A stretch of DNA of 64,000 bases from Calcarisporiella thermophila CBS 279.70 (GCF_041956535.1 NW_027192197.1:197829-261828); one strand, 5' to 3'. Positions 11,035-23,511 are shown, counted from the first letter of the stretch. The notes: generated from the sequence alone by a model not told the origin. Translations and numbers: made by a program.

Positions 11035-12972
11035 CTAAAATGAAGCGCCTCGTTGATGTTTTGATTTTATCCTCAATGGTGATGTCATATCGTCGATGGG
11101 GTCCCCCTCTTCATCCCTCTCGATGATGACCGACCTCTGGTCTAGCTCCCTGCGCCCCATAGTCATGCGCCTGAGTCTCGGAGTCGATCTGTACTTTAGG
11201 GAGCGGCGCGTCCGCGCGCCCAGAAACCGCTGTTCAGCGGGCCATTTCGCTAGAGTTGGCGAGGCTACCGGGGAGGCCGTGTACATAGGGGTGCTAGTGC
11301 CGGCGCCTGCATCCTCCAAGAGCAAGACCCTTCTTTGATCGGTTGCCGCCTGGACCAGTGTCTCCATGACGAGCATCATTTGCCCGCGTGCGGTGTCGAC
11401 ATACCACGACTCGAAGAGCAAGCTTCCTAGGGTGAGAACCAGGGTCCAATAGACAAGGTGCATGAAGAGCCACCCGGCATTAGGCGGCAGGCTGAGAGTG
11501 GCCACATTCGTGGAGGCGTAGTAGTGTTCAGAAACCATGCTTGACGCCTCCTCGTAAGTGAAAGGGGAGATACGTAGCCGTCTCGAATCAAAGCGTCGTT
11601 TGATGCTCCTATGTCGAAACAGGAGTCTCCGCTCCACGTTCGTCCACTCCTCCTTTCTTGCCTCTGGGGCGACCAGCTCTTTCGCGAGCATATCCACGGT
11701 GCGAATCGTCGAATCCACCCGCAGTATTGAATTCACAAGCTGAGACTGCGACTCGCGCAAAAAGTGGAAGTCACTCTCGTGGGAGTCCTGGTTCGTACGC
11801 TTGATGAGAGCACCCTTGCTGCACTCATGGCTGGGCGAAGGCGGACTCGACGTAGCAGAATGCAATAGCATATCCGGAGTGATGGACACCGTACTCGGGG
11901 AGGTCACGGCCTCTGTCGCTCCTTGGATAAGCTCGTTGAGTTTGCTACAGATTCGGTTGTAAGTGTCGTCCTCTTCAGTCTCTGACTCCTGGGTAGCCGT
12001 CTGAGCTAGGAGCTCCTTAAGTTGCGAGCTAGTTTGACCTTCGATCGTCTCCTGCGCAAGCACCTTGGGAGAAGGGGAAGGAGAGAAGTGAGTTGAACTC
12101 AGCGATGTCACAAAGGATCTGGATTTCGTGGGCCACTTACCTGGACGGTTCGTGCGCTCTCCAAGAATCCGGCCTCTTCTTGGGTCAATGGCTCCTGTTC
12201 TCGACGTGCCTCGAGTTTAGCAAGTAGAGATTGGATGCTAATGGAGATATGAAGGGAGCTCGGGGTAAGTCAAATATTAAAGACATAGAAAACAAGGGAA
12301 ACAGCTACTCGGACAAACGGGACTTTAAGTCGCTCATGGCGAATGCTTGGTCGGAGAGCGCTGACCGCATTGAAGAAACCATGTCCTCGAGTTGATTTAT
12401 CTGAAGGGGAAAAGGAGAGCCTCGGTGGGAAGTTCAACAGAATATACCAAAGACAATCGGGTCCCACTTACCTTCATCGAAGGTCTGTTTCCACTCGGAC
12501 ACACTTCCACCACCAGCCTCTCACCCGCCTCGGGTACCGGTGAATAGGGTGGTGGTGGAGGAGCTAGCGGTGGCGAATTGGCGAGAGGTGCCCCTTCAGT
12601 GGCAATACGAGAATGAGTGCCAGAAATGGGCTGTTCGGCACGCCGCCGTTGGGGATGAGCTGCCCTTGTAGTTTGCTTTTCCTTCACGAGCGAATTCCGG
12701 CTATTCTGCCCATTAGGACTGGATGTGGATGTCACCGTCAACCGATTGGTGCCATGGTGGAGGCGCGATGTCGACGCGGTAGAACGCTTTTGGGTTGTCT
12801 GAGGCGGTTGCCGAGGACTGGCGGTGTGGGTGGAAGTGCGCTGAGAAGTGGTTGCACGCTGAGAGGGTGTTATGCGTTGAGACGAGGCTGTTCGCTGGGG
12901 AGTTGCTGTGCCATTGGATGAAGATGGATTTGCGCGCCGGGTAGTCTGAGGGGGACGATTTGGCCGTATCAT
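11035..12972 (-). CDS. Hypothetical protein with S/T/R-rich N-terminus, coiled-coil segments and one predicted TM helix
   Basis: Approximate exons 12972..12471, 12400..12309, 12237..12141, 12064..11035 join in frame. Hydrophobic WLFMHLVYWTLVLTLGSLLF; PPPPY motif. Confidence 0.6.
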
Positions 12973-14127
12973 TTACGGGTTGGCGTCCCTCAAGGTGCTC
13001 TTTCCAAATAAAAATGGTCAGGAGGCGGTTTATGATAATGAGCAAAGATAAGACTAGAGATATGAAAAGCTCTTGCTCCGATCCCACGTTGCTCAAGAGA
13101 CGGGATTAGCGATGAAATGGAGAAGATGCAATATCGGTAAATGGAAGGGATATGGGGACCGAAGTCGCAACCTTAGCCAAGATAGAGAATAGGAAGACCT
13201 GAATAAAAAAAAAACGGTCAACAACGTTGCAAAATGGGGAATTGATGTCACATTGCCAATGTAAACTTTTGGGGCATCCCGCAACGCAGGGGCTGGCCCA
13301 TCTCATGCAAATCGTGCAGCTTGAAATTTCCCACAGGATAGCTGGGAAACGTAGGACTGTGCGTGGCGAGGGGGCGCGCCTTCCTTCTCTTTCATATATG
13401 CATCGCGAATGCCCTCTCTCTCCGCCGCACTCCCACTCTAGCAAGCCTAGCTAAAGGGTGCCGATGAGGCCCCGAGAGGGCCCCTGCGCGTCGTTCCTGA
13501 CAGCTCTGGGCCTGCCTCCGCCAAGGACTTGAGGCGGTAGCAGGCGACGTCAGTGTGAAACCTGTTCTGGCCGTGAGTGCCCTGTTCTCGCGGGTCGCGC
13601 GGGCGGGCGGCCCAGGCGATTTGCGGCCAGGGCCGGCCTTGACCGTTTCCTGGAAAGCGGATGCGAGGGCATTGAAACCCCTCTATCCAAACCCAGAGCT
13701 AAGACGCGTAAATTTGGCCCTCTTTCCTTTCCGAGCGCTCCTGATCGAAGCGCGGTGATTGGGCCGGGCAGTTCATCGTTGACTTTTAAAGGAATTTCAG
13801 GGGGAGATCGCAGGAGGACACAGCGTGTGCATAGCGCTTTCCCCTCTTTCCCACCTCAATCGAAGGTATAAGTCCTCCCCCTTTCCCTCTTGGCCTGAAA
13901 CCTTTCTCCTCCGGAATCTTATAAAACTGGATTTGCTCATCCCTCGCCCTCTCTTCTCTCTGTCACAACTGTGGTCACCCCTGTGTCACGCATGACCATT
14001 GTGTGTCCTGACTCTCCAATCTCAATCACCTATACCCTCCCCCCTCGGCAATTCTCTCGAGACCAAAAAGCATAGTCCCTCCCCCGCTCTCCTGTGTTTC
14101 TCAAAGTCGACTTCCGAATAGTTGAAG

Positions 14128-15702
14128 ATGAGTTTGACGATACAGCACATGCATTCCCTGCCCGATCTCCTTGAGGCCAGCACCAACTACAAGCTGACAC
14201 AACTCGCTCTGCACCCTTCTCCCACCCACTGCTTTCACCGCCGTATCCTGCTGCTAAACTTCCTGAGGCGCCTCCACCACAAAGACACGCGCCGCCATAT
14301 CCAGCTCCCGCTCGGAGAGTGGCAATTTCTGGCCGAGGATGCTCTGGTTCCTCGGAACATCGATGACGTGGAGCAATGTGTGGACGCATACGTGAACATC
14401 GTCAATACCCGGCGGGAGCTAGAGGCACTGGAGGCCATGGGCGCCACGCGTAAAAGACGGGCTAGTCGCGAGGTCGCAGGAGAGCTTGCCCGGAGTATCG
14501 TGGGCGCAGCCAAGAAGAAGGAGTCGACAACTCAGAAAAAGCCATCGCGAAAGAGCTATTCCAAATCGAACGTGGATTACACGATGCCCCCATCACCTTC
14601 TCCCTCCTACCCGCCACCTATGCCACCGCCGCCTCCTCCCCCGCCTCCCTCCAACCCCGCCCCATCTTTGCCAAATGATTCGGAAATCCTGGCCCAGATC
14701 GCGGAGAATCTCTCCCCACGAAGCCAACCACGCGTCTTGAGCGTCCATACTCCGGCCAGGCCCACCCATGTCTCCCCACCTTCGGCAAGATCCCCCAAGA
14801 CATCTTCAAAGAGTTCGGATCTCTCCCGCCCGGAATCGCCAAAGGTTTCCCCGCCGACATCGATCAGCCGCTCAAGCTGTGCGAAAACTAAGCCATCCCT
14901 TTCCCCTTCCAAGGCAATGAGCACCCTTTCCCTCGAGTGGGCCCCTGAAGATATAGCCTTCCTTGCGGCCACCCTGCACCAATTCAACGGAGACGAGGTA
15001 ACGCGGCCTCTACAACCCAAAATGTCCTCGAAATGCGCCAAGCATGCCAACCCCTCCCCGAGGATAAAATCGGTCTCGCCTGACCCTCTCTCGTCTTTCT
15101 TGGACTACCTCGACTCGAAGGCGTTGCCTCCACTGCCCCCCTCTTCTCCCTACTATTCGCCCCCTCCCTCTCCTCCTTTGAGCGAGGCTAGCAAGACTCC
15201 CCCAAGAGTGGACCTAAAGCTAATGTTTTCCGACCCGCTCGATCTAGACTTCCTCCCCCTCAAAACCATCGAACCTTTCAAACTGCCCGATCAAGACGAC
15301 CAGGGGCTCTTCTTGCGAATGGACCTGAGCCACCCCCCCTATTGGTTCGACTCCGATCCCCCGACCCCTCCCCAACCAGAGCAAAAGAGCAGAAAGCCAA
15401 GAGAAAGAAAATCCGTGGCAAACCATCACCAGTACTATGAGGGCGCGGGGCACGGCACGGACTTCAACACTGGGAGGAGCACGCCAAAGGCGGACGATAT
15501 GAAAGAGAGATGGCTGGAAGTACGAGGACTTGTGCAGTTTGGAAGCGGGATAGCGTCGCCCGCGGCCATAGCCCGTCTCGCGGCCGACGGCAAGGAAATC
15601 ACGCCGCTGCGTCCGCCGGGCAGGATGGAGAAAGCGCAGCGTAAAGGCACCTCGGTGGCGCACAAAGTGAAGAGCGAGTTCAGCAGGTTCGTGCGGTTTT
15701 AG
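14128..15702 (+). CDS. Proline/serine-rich hypothetical protein with possible N-terminal SERTA/IER-like helical motif
   Basis: Uninterrupted ORF of about 525 codons with coding-like GC bias; poly-Pro tracts; N-terminal LLEAS..YKL..FHRRILLLNFLRRL. Confidence 0.7.
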   Translation: MSLTIQHMHSLPDLLEASTNYKLTQLALHPSPTHCFHRRILLLNFLRRLHHKDTRRHIQLPLGEWQFLAEDALVPRNIDDVEQCVDAYVNIVNTRRELEALEAMGATRKRRASREVAGELARSIVGAAKKKESTTQKKPSRKSYSKSNVDYTMPPSPSPSYPPPMPPPPPPPPPSNPAPSLPNDSEILAQIAENLSPRSQPRVLSVHTPARPTHVSPPSARSPKTSSKSSDLSRPESPKVSPPTSISRSSCAKTKPSLSPSKAMSTLSLEWAPEDIAFLAATLHQFNGDEVTRPLQPKMSSKCAKHANPSPRIKSVSPDPLSSFLDYLDSKALPPLPPSSPYYSPPPSPPLSEASKTPPRVDLKLMFSDPLDLDFLPLKTIEPFKLPDQDDQGLFLRMDLSHPPYWFDSDPPTPPQPEQKSRKPRERKSVANHHQYYEGAGHGTDFNTGRSTPKADDMKERWLEVRGLVQFGSGIASPAAIARLAADGKEITPLRPPGRMEKAQRKGTSVAHKVKSEFSRFVRF

Positions 15703-16137
15703 AGCGGAACATAAACGAGGGCCCCGTCTCCTGTTCTACTACGCTGCTATTTATATTTTACCTTGTGTTATCTATGCCCTATGGATGCTTTTTCTCCTTT
15801 GACCTCCCCCCCTCATGTTGGTATATCCCGATACTTATTATGATTGTTTTCTTTATTTTTATCCACCAAAATACGTGCTGTTCTTCCCCAGCGCTCATAT
15901 CATCTGTTTACCTATCAAAGCATGCGTACTGTATAGTGTTTTTTCTACTTATAGGCTCAATTTTTGTTTTCGCCTTTTCCTTTTCATTCTTTCCCTTTCT
16001 CTTTTTCCTTTGTAAGCGGTTTCAATGATGGGAGGGGCGCAGCATTAAGGTGGGATGATTTTGATAGCTCGTTTCTCCTCTTTGTATATCCTTATCCCCT
16101 TTTCACCATTCCCATCACCCCAATAAACGCCCATTCC

Positions 16138-17331
16138 ATGGAAGACGACTGGTTAATAATCCCCAAGGAGAATGCTGAAAGGGTGAAGCACGTCTTCTCA
16201 CGGCACCTGGGGAGCCAAGTCACCACCATCGAGAAGATTTATGCTGGATCGTTCAGCGAAGTATTTCTGGTGACATGTGCGTCAGGACAAGAGTACATCG
16301 CGCGGATATGCAGATCCCAAGACGGATGGCGAACGGAGAACCAGGTCTGTTCATGCTTCTCGTTTTCTCCTGATGCATTGCGTTGCATGGGCGGGGGACT
16401 AACATAGCTCCATATGATTTTTAGGTGGCATGCCTCTCCCTTATTTCGAAGCACACAACGATCGCGGTTCCACGGGTCCTGCATTGGTGCGTGGACACCA
16501 GCGAGATCGGCGCGGAATATATCATTATGACCAAGATACCCGGCGAGCGCCTCGAGCAGCATTGGTACTCGCTTGCCCCAGACTCCAAGCAGAAACTCCT
16601 CGCCCAGCTTGCCGACTGGGTGGTGCAGCTCAAGCGGATACCGGTAGAACGCATCGGTGTCTTTGGCTTTGATTCGGAGGGGCAGGTCCGAATCCGGACG
16701 CTGAGCGAGGTCATGTTCTTGTTCTTGAAGGGGGGGAGGGGAGAGGAGGAGCAGTTTGAAAGCGTCCGGCGGTATGTTGAGGCGCATGCGCAAGAGTTTG
16801 GGGGCGTTCCCGCCGAGAAGGGGGGGGACCTGATCGCGCAGATCGATCGGTTGATGGAGCGTGTGTTCCAGGCACAGGGCGGTGGCGAAGCCCCCGTGAT
16901 GCTATGCCACAACGACCTCTCCGAGACGAACATCATGGTGGAGGGCGATCGGCTGACGGGTCTGTTAGACTTTGAATTCAGTGGGGCGTTTCCTGGTAGG
17001 TTTCATCCTCTCCCTCCTACGGGGCGTTGCTCGCTAACCCCCTCCTCTAACCATAGCGGACGTGGAGGCGTTTGGCTCATTCGAATTCCTAGACACCGAG
17101 CTGCCCTGGGATCATCCTCCGGTGCCTGCCGAGGGGGAGATCGCCTCGCTCAAGGAGTATTTTAGGCAGGAGGTGGATCGGCTCGATCCGGCCGTCGCCA
17201 AATATCTCTTCACCAAAGAGCGCATCTTCGTCAGCGAGTTCATCCTGGAGTTTCTAATATCGCCCGCGTACGACCAGCAACAGCGGCGAGCAGCGTGCCG
17301 GCTGTGGCGCGACCACTTCAAGGTCACATAG
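16138..17331 (+). CDS. APH/choline-kinase-like phosphotransferase
   Basis: Three exons (about 16138..16344, 16425..16996, 17057..17331). GSFSEVF loop, IAVPRVL, HNDLSETNIMV, GLLDFEFS. Confidence 0.85.
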
Positions 17332-17540
17332 CCTCGGGAGGAGAGGGGGACTCTTTGTGTATTTTTTCATTGGGTACTGCCTTTGTTCTTTTTGTCCGCC
17401 TGTAGCTTTTGGGTTTTTTCTCTCTATTCGCCTCCATTGCAATCTGTATTTTCAATTCGTTTTCCAAGGGAACCATCGATGGTATATGTATATGTTCAGC
17501 ATGACTCTCGTCCATCCACTCGGGCCCTCCGCCCCCCCCT

Positions 17541-17620
17541 CCCCTCGCCCCTCTTCTCCTCTCCATCTAGAGAGCTATCTCCCCTCGCCCCTCTTCTCCT
17601 CTCCATCTAGAGAGCTATCT
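17541..17620. repeat. Perfect 40-bp tandem duplication
   Basis: CCCCTCGCCCCTCTTCTCCTCTCCATCTAGAGAGCTATCT at 17541-17580 and 17581-17620, with a degenerate partial third copy after it. Confidence 0.95.
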
Positions 17621-17873
17621 CCCCACCACCTTCTCTCCCGGTCCTAGATGAGAATAAAAGCCGGCCTCCGATGGGATGAAGACTTATATTTTTTATTTTT
17701 TTTTTCTTTCATAAATAATAAAAAGAAAAAAAAAACGAGTTAAAATCGCAGAATGGATAGGGGGAGAGGGAGGAAGAAGAAAAAAAAAAAGGGCGGGCGG
17801 TTTAAATCTTTACACAATAACAAAAAAGAAATTCTAGGAGATAATATATTTTTTGTAGTAGAGGGTGGATCCT

Positions 17874-19045
17874 TTAGGCCTTGGTCACCTTGGCAATCTC
17901 CACGGAGTTGGTGGCGCCGAGCACACGCTTAATGTCGCCGTAGATGGCGAACTGGAAGGCGGTGAGGGTACCCACCATCACAATACGGGCACCCAAGCCG
18001 GTGAACAGACCCTTAGGACCGAGCTGCAGGGTCATGTCGTAGAGGCGGGTGATGATGGAGCCCTCGGCACCCTTCTGCTTGTTGATCTTGGAGAGAAGAG
18101 TGTCGGCGGGCTGTGAGATGATGGCGGCGGCAATACCGGCAATCAAACCAGAGCTGAGGTTCACGGTGGTGTTCACTCCGGCGGAGAGCTCGTTCTTGGA
18201 CTTGCCCATGGCGGAGTAGATGTTCTCGGCGGCAATTTCGTAGACCACGAACTTAGCCATGGTGTAGGGGATTTGCTAAGGAAGGGAACGGGGGAGCGTC
18301 GTCAGTGAATTACTGCTGGGACCCCCAAGATACCAAATGCAATAAATGAAAATCTCCCCTTACCTTGAACAAGATAGGGATGAAGCCGGAGTAGAATCCA
18401 CGGATCACACCCTCCTCCTTCAACAAACGAGTGAAACCGCCCAACAAACCGTTGGCGAAAGTGGGCTGCGACACAAGGCGGATACGGGTAGCCTCCAGCG
18501 GGCAGAGGGCGACATCGGCGAAGAATTCGGCAATGGCCGACGATGCGAGGTAGATGGCGGTGCGGTGCTCAGACGCAGCCTCGACACCCAAGTAGTCGAT
18601 GAAGGTCTTCTTCCAGAATTCATAACCGCCGAACTTGAAGGCACCCTGGAGGAAGTAGCCGGCAGCGGTGGGGCCGAAGCCGGTGAGGAGGGCACCAGCA
18701 CCCTCAGCCTTGATGACCTGACCGAAGGCGGCCACCATACCCTAAGCAGAACAAGAAAAGAGAATTGCAGTCATATTAGTCAACATTCGGGAGATGGCAC
18801 CGATAAACCAAGACGAGCAAAAAAAGAACATCACATACCCTGTTGTACACTTGGGGCTCAAGCTGGATTCTTGTCTTCACCACATCAACGGGAGTGAGGG
18901 CTCCGTGGGTGACGGAGCAGCACACGGCACCGGCGAAGGCGAAGCGGGCATAGAGGCCAACTCCAGACGGGGCCTGGGAGTCAACGGGAGAGGGGGCAAC
19001 GAAGTGCTTGCTCAACACTTTTTGAGAGGGGAAGAGATGGGACAT
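17874..19045 (-). CDS. MIR1: Mitochondrial phosphate carrier
   Basis: Three exons; carrier signatures [29 protein letters not shown]; [14 protein letters not shown]. Confidence 0.92.
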
Positions 19046-19389
19046 GATGACTGTTTTTAAGGTGTATTAAAGTGTCTAAGTGAGAAGAGAAAAGGGGGAG
19101 GGGAGAAAAAAAAAAGAGAAAGGGACCTTCCTTGAAAAACTTCGAACAGGGGCTCGCTTCCTTTATGTTCCTATTTTTTTTTCTTCTGCGGAAGGGTAAA
19201 CAATCAACATCCACGCGAGGAAACGATTGGTGGGCAGGCAGATTGTGGTGGACATTACGCCGTGGTGGATTGGATCCTGTGGCTAACGCAAGAAATAGAC
19301 GCGCTTGCGTGTTCCCCCTCCAGTTTAAAGTGGGTTAGCGAAGGAGTTTTGATCGCACACTTTCAATCAACAACACACCTCTTTAGAAA

Positions 19390-21004
19390 ATGGCATGTAT
19401 CTGAAGGAGATCTCGAATCCTCTCTATGGAATCACGCGATCTAACCCATTTTGTTTCGTTCTCTTGCCTGATAGGGTAATGCGCAGTCAGGAATTCCGCC
19501 GGGTGGAGGCGCACCCGGAAAGGACAAAGACAAGCAGGTAAGGCATGGTGGATCATAAACCGCAATCGCGATGGAGGATTCCTGGATCGAAGCTATTCCC
19601 ATCGAATACTAATGCTGCTCTTTGCTTCTCCTCCTGTTGGTAGGAGAAAGACAAGAAGAAGAAGTGGGAACCCCCCGTGCCCACTCGCGTCGGCAAAAAG
19701 AAGAAACGTGGCCCCGATCCCACCTCGAAGCTCCCGCAAGTGTTCCCCACGACGCGATGTAAGCTCAAGCTTCTCAAGCATGAGCGCATCAAGGATTACC
19801 TCCTGATGGAGGAGGAGTTCGTGACGTACCAGGAGCGGCTCAGGCCACAGGAAGAGAAACATGAGGAGGAGCGCACCCGCGTAGACGATCTGCGGGGCTC
19901 ACCCATGGGCGTGGGATCGCTCGAGGAAATCATCGACGATGATCACGCCATTGTTTCGTCGGCCACCGGTCCCGAATACTACGTGAGCATTCTCTCATTC
20001 GTGGATAAAGATTCTCTCGAGCCCGGCTGCTCCGTCCTACTACACCACAAGAATATGTCGGTGATTGGGGTGTTGCAGGATGAAACAGACCCGATGGTTA
20101 GCGTGATGAAGCTGGAGAAGGCCCCCACAGAATCCTACGCAGACATCGGTGGGCTCGAGCAGCAGATCCAAGAAATCAAAGAGTCCGTCGAGCTGCCGCT
20201 TACTCACCCCGAGCTCTACGAGGAGATGGGTATCAAACCCCCCAAGGGCGTCATTCTGTACGGCCCCCCCGGCACCGGCAAAACTTTGCTCGCTAAAGCC
20301 GTGGCCAACCAGACGTCCGCGACCTTTTTGCGTGTGGTGGGCTCAGAGCTTATCCAAAAATATTTGGGCGATGGGCCGAAGCTGGTGAGAGAGCTCTTCC
20401 GGGTGGCCGAGGAGCATGCGCCGTCCATTGTGTTTATTGACGAGATTGATGCTGTTGGTACGAAACGGTATGTATTTGGCGCAGTTCGAGCGGTTTCACG
20501 GGATTATATTGACCTCAATATCCTCGCTCTTTTTTTTTCTTGTTTTCTGTCCATGCCAATAGATATGACTCGACCTCTGGAGGCGAGCGTGAGATTCAGC
20601 GCACTATGCTTGAGCTGCTTAACCAGCTCGACGGATTCGATTCGCGGGGGGATGTCAAGGTCATCATGGCCACCAACCGAATCGAGTCACTGGACCCGGC
20701 CCTGATCCGCCCAGGTCGAATTGACCGCAAGATCGAGTTCCCGCTGCCCGACGTGAAGACAAAGCGGCGCATTTTCGGCATCCACACCTCTCGGATGACG
20801 CTTGCAGAAGACGTGGATCTCGAGGAGTTCGTCATGTCCAAAGACGACTTGAGTGGCGCCGACATCAAGGCCATTTGCACGGAGGCCGGGCTGCTGGCGT
20901 TACGAGAGCGACGAATGAAAGTTGTGGCGGATGACTTTAGAAAGGCTAGGGAGAAGGTCCTCTATCGGAAGAGCGAGGGCACACCAGAAGGCTTATATTT
21001 GTAG
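19390..21004 (+). CDS. RPT2: 26S proteasome regulatory AAA-ATPase subunit 4
   Basis: Exons: ATG 19390..19392, 19475..19537, 19644..~20468, ~20562..21004. [15 protein letters not shown]-terminal PEGLYL; reconstructed N-terminus MGNAQSG. Confidence 0.95.
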
Positions 21005-22303
21005 AGGGGAACCACCGATGGCGCGACTCCGCATTTTCTTTTTTTTTTTGTGCGTAATTATTCTTTTTTTTTCAATGAAGACAATATTCTTTTTCTCAAA
21101 TGACCGGCTCGAGTCGTTCCAATTGGGGGTGCATCTTTCAAGCTTAATGCGCCTCATCTTTATCGATCCCATGCCCATGCAAAATAATATCGTGGCCCTC
21201 CTCAGCCTGGGCCTGGCCGGAAGGAAAGGATTGGAAGGATTCCTCGACCTTTTTCCCAATACTCGAGGAGAAGTCCACCTACATTAGCATAACTAGAATG
21301 GACCTGCGCAATACTTGGTTATTTTTCAAGTAGCAAACATCGCGAACCATCCATGAGGCACAGCCCTAAAGGCCAATAGAGTTGGATGACGTCCTTGAAG
21401 CCAACCTCGTCCAATTTTATTTATATGTGAAATAGACTCAACTCTTTTGACAGCACGGCTCTACTATCCCCTCTGCAGAGAGGGATAACTCTTGCTCTCC
21501 AAGCCGCTGGCTTTGTTAACAGTCACACAAGCCTTCTAAGCCGAAAAACCGTAGCTTTCAGAGTGGGACAGTGTCGTTGACTGGCCATGCTATTTTTGTA
21601 TTCCACCGGCTCACCGTTCTCACGTACGCCTGGCCGTGGGCCCTACGGCTCAGAGCTAGGCCCAGGGCGCACCCTCGCCTATCAGGAGGATTGCCCAAAC
21701 CAACTTCCTTGGGAGAGTGGGCGCACGCCTCCGGCTCGGAGACACTCGCCAGGGCTGCCGTGGTGGGGCTCTGTTTGCTCGCGCCGTATTCATATTGCGC
21801 TTTCAATCCAAGTTTCAGACGCACGGAGCTTGAATTCAAGGTTGCTTATGCGGAATTCTTGAACGCAGCACAAAGCCAAGAACACTTACCATTACCAAGA
21901 TGCTATGGCATCATGCTGAGCAAATCGGCCGGAGCAAGCAGACAGAGCCAGGGGGACGGCGGCATCGCCCGAGAACCCCCGCGCAGAGCGCGTCGGGGGC
22001 GCTGGCGGTATGGTCAAGGGATGCTCCCCCCACTTGCAGCCACGGTAGAGTTGGTGGGGGCGGGGGAGGCGGCGGAGGGATCCAAAATCCGGCTCCAACC
22101 GGAAATCGGCTGAGGGAGAATGAAAAAAAAAAAGCGTAGCCCGTGCCCACTGTTTGTGTTGCCCTTCTAGGCTAATTTTACTCACACTAACTGCACCAAA
22201 CGCTATTTATAAATAAACGCTTCCGATGGCCTGAGCAGACCCCCTCTTCGCTCTCCCGCCCCGTTCCCCCTCCTCTTTGCACGCCTTGAAGAGCAGGAGC
22301 ACT

Positions 22304-23009
22304 ATGCTGAAATCTCTCGCCGTCTTTGCGCTCCTTCTCCAGCTGGCGGTGGCTGCCCCGCTGCTCAACACCACCATAGGCACCGACCGGAACACCATGG
22401 TCGACACTTGCAATGCAGGTTGGTTTATCATCGCCCTTCTGCAGAGGAATGCTGCTTTCAAGGCCTCTAACCTCTCCCCCGTGCGCCTCTGTGCTGGCGC
22501 GTAGATGTCACGACCATGGACGCCAAGAAGTATTTTGGCCAGCAGATGGATCTCGGTGTGAACTGGCATGTGTCGCTCCCTTATGACAAATGGATTCCAG
22601 GAGGACCTGAGATCCCCATTATTGTCGATGGGGGCAAGAACAAGTTCAACCACCTTGTCATCATTGCAACCACCCTGAGTCTGGAGCACATCGGCGTGTG
22701 GAAGGTCCCGAATGAAGGATTCGCGACTGGTAAGTGCCATGGGTTCACCCTTGCATTGACGTGCCCGGCTAATGCGCTAACTCCCTGTGTGGATGCAAAT
22801 GAATAGTGGATAGCTGCCAAGGCGAAAACATTGGTGCCGCCTTGGTGACCACAACCAACAATCCTATCGGCCCCCAGCTGGAGCTTAGATGGCAGCCCCC
22901 GAGCAAGAGCGGCCTTGGCCCGATCCAGTTCTTCAGCTGCGTCGCGGCCTCCGAGCCCGTGCGCGGCTATCAGTGCTACTCAAGCGACGGAATAGAGGAG
23001 CAGGATTAA
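22304..23009 (+). CDS. Small secreted protein, Reeler-domain-like
   Basis: Signal peptide MLKSLAVFALLLQLAVA; two GT-AG introns join ORF pieces in frame; IGVW..C..ALVT..LRWQPP..GPIQF pattern resembles the Reeler domain. Confidence 0.65.
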
Positions 23010-23511
23010 TACCGTCTCCCTTCTCCCCTATTCCCTCCGCTAGATTCCCACCTAATGATGTATACACCGCTATTTAACCCCCTAGCTCTATTTATCTATC
23101 CCCCTATATCACTCTCCCTCTATATCCTAATTATTTAATCCTACCTAGTTTAGTGTGCTGTCTAATCCTTGCATAATACCTCGCCTAATTCCCTAATTTT
23201 GCAATATATTAACTACGACCCAGATACCTCTCCTATCTTGTTTATACTGGTATAGAAATAAAGCGCCCTGAAAAAGTGTGTCCATTCCACACCGTGTTTC
23301 TCGGCCCTACTTTTCCTTTCCCCACACGAGCTCATCCTCCTCCCCCCCCCCCCTCTTTAGCCAGCCTTAAGAGTCTGGTGGCTCGTGCAGAGATGAATTT
23401 AATGCCTTGGATGGTCCAGCCAAATTGGCCGCAATTTTTTCATTCGATCCATTCGTCTTTATAAGATAACACTGAACCCTCTGCAGAGCCTTCCACCCAT
23501 CTTGCCTCAGG

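Noticed and set aside
16138-17331. APH-like gene as a horizontally acquired antibiotic-resistance gene
   Set aside because: Has two spliceosomal introns, and the family is common in fungi.
17541-17647. Repeat considered as a CRISPR array
   Set aside because: Copies abut with no spacers, there are no cas genes, and the DNA is eukaryotic.
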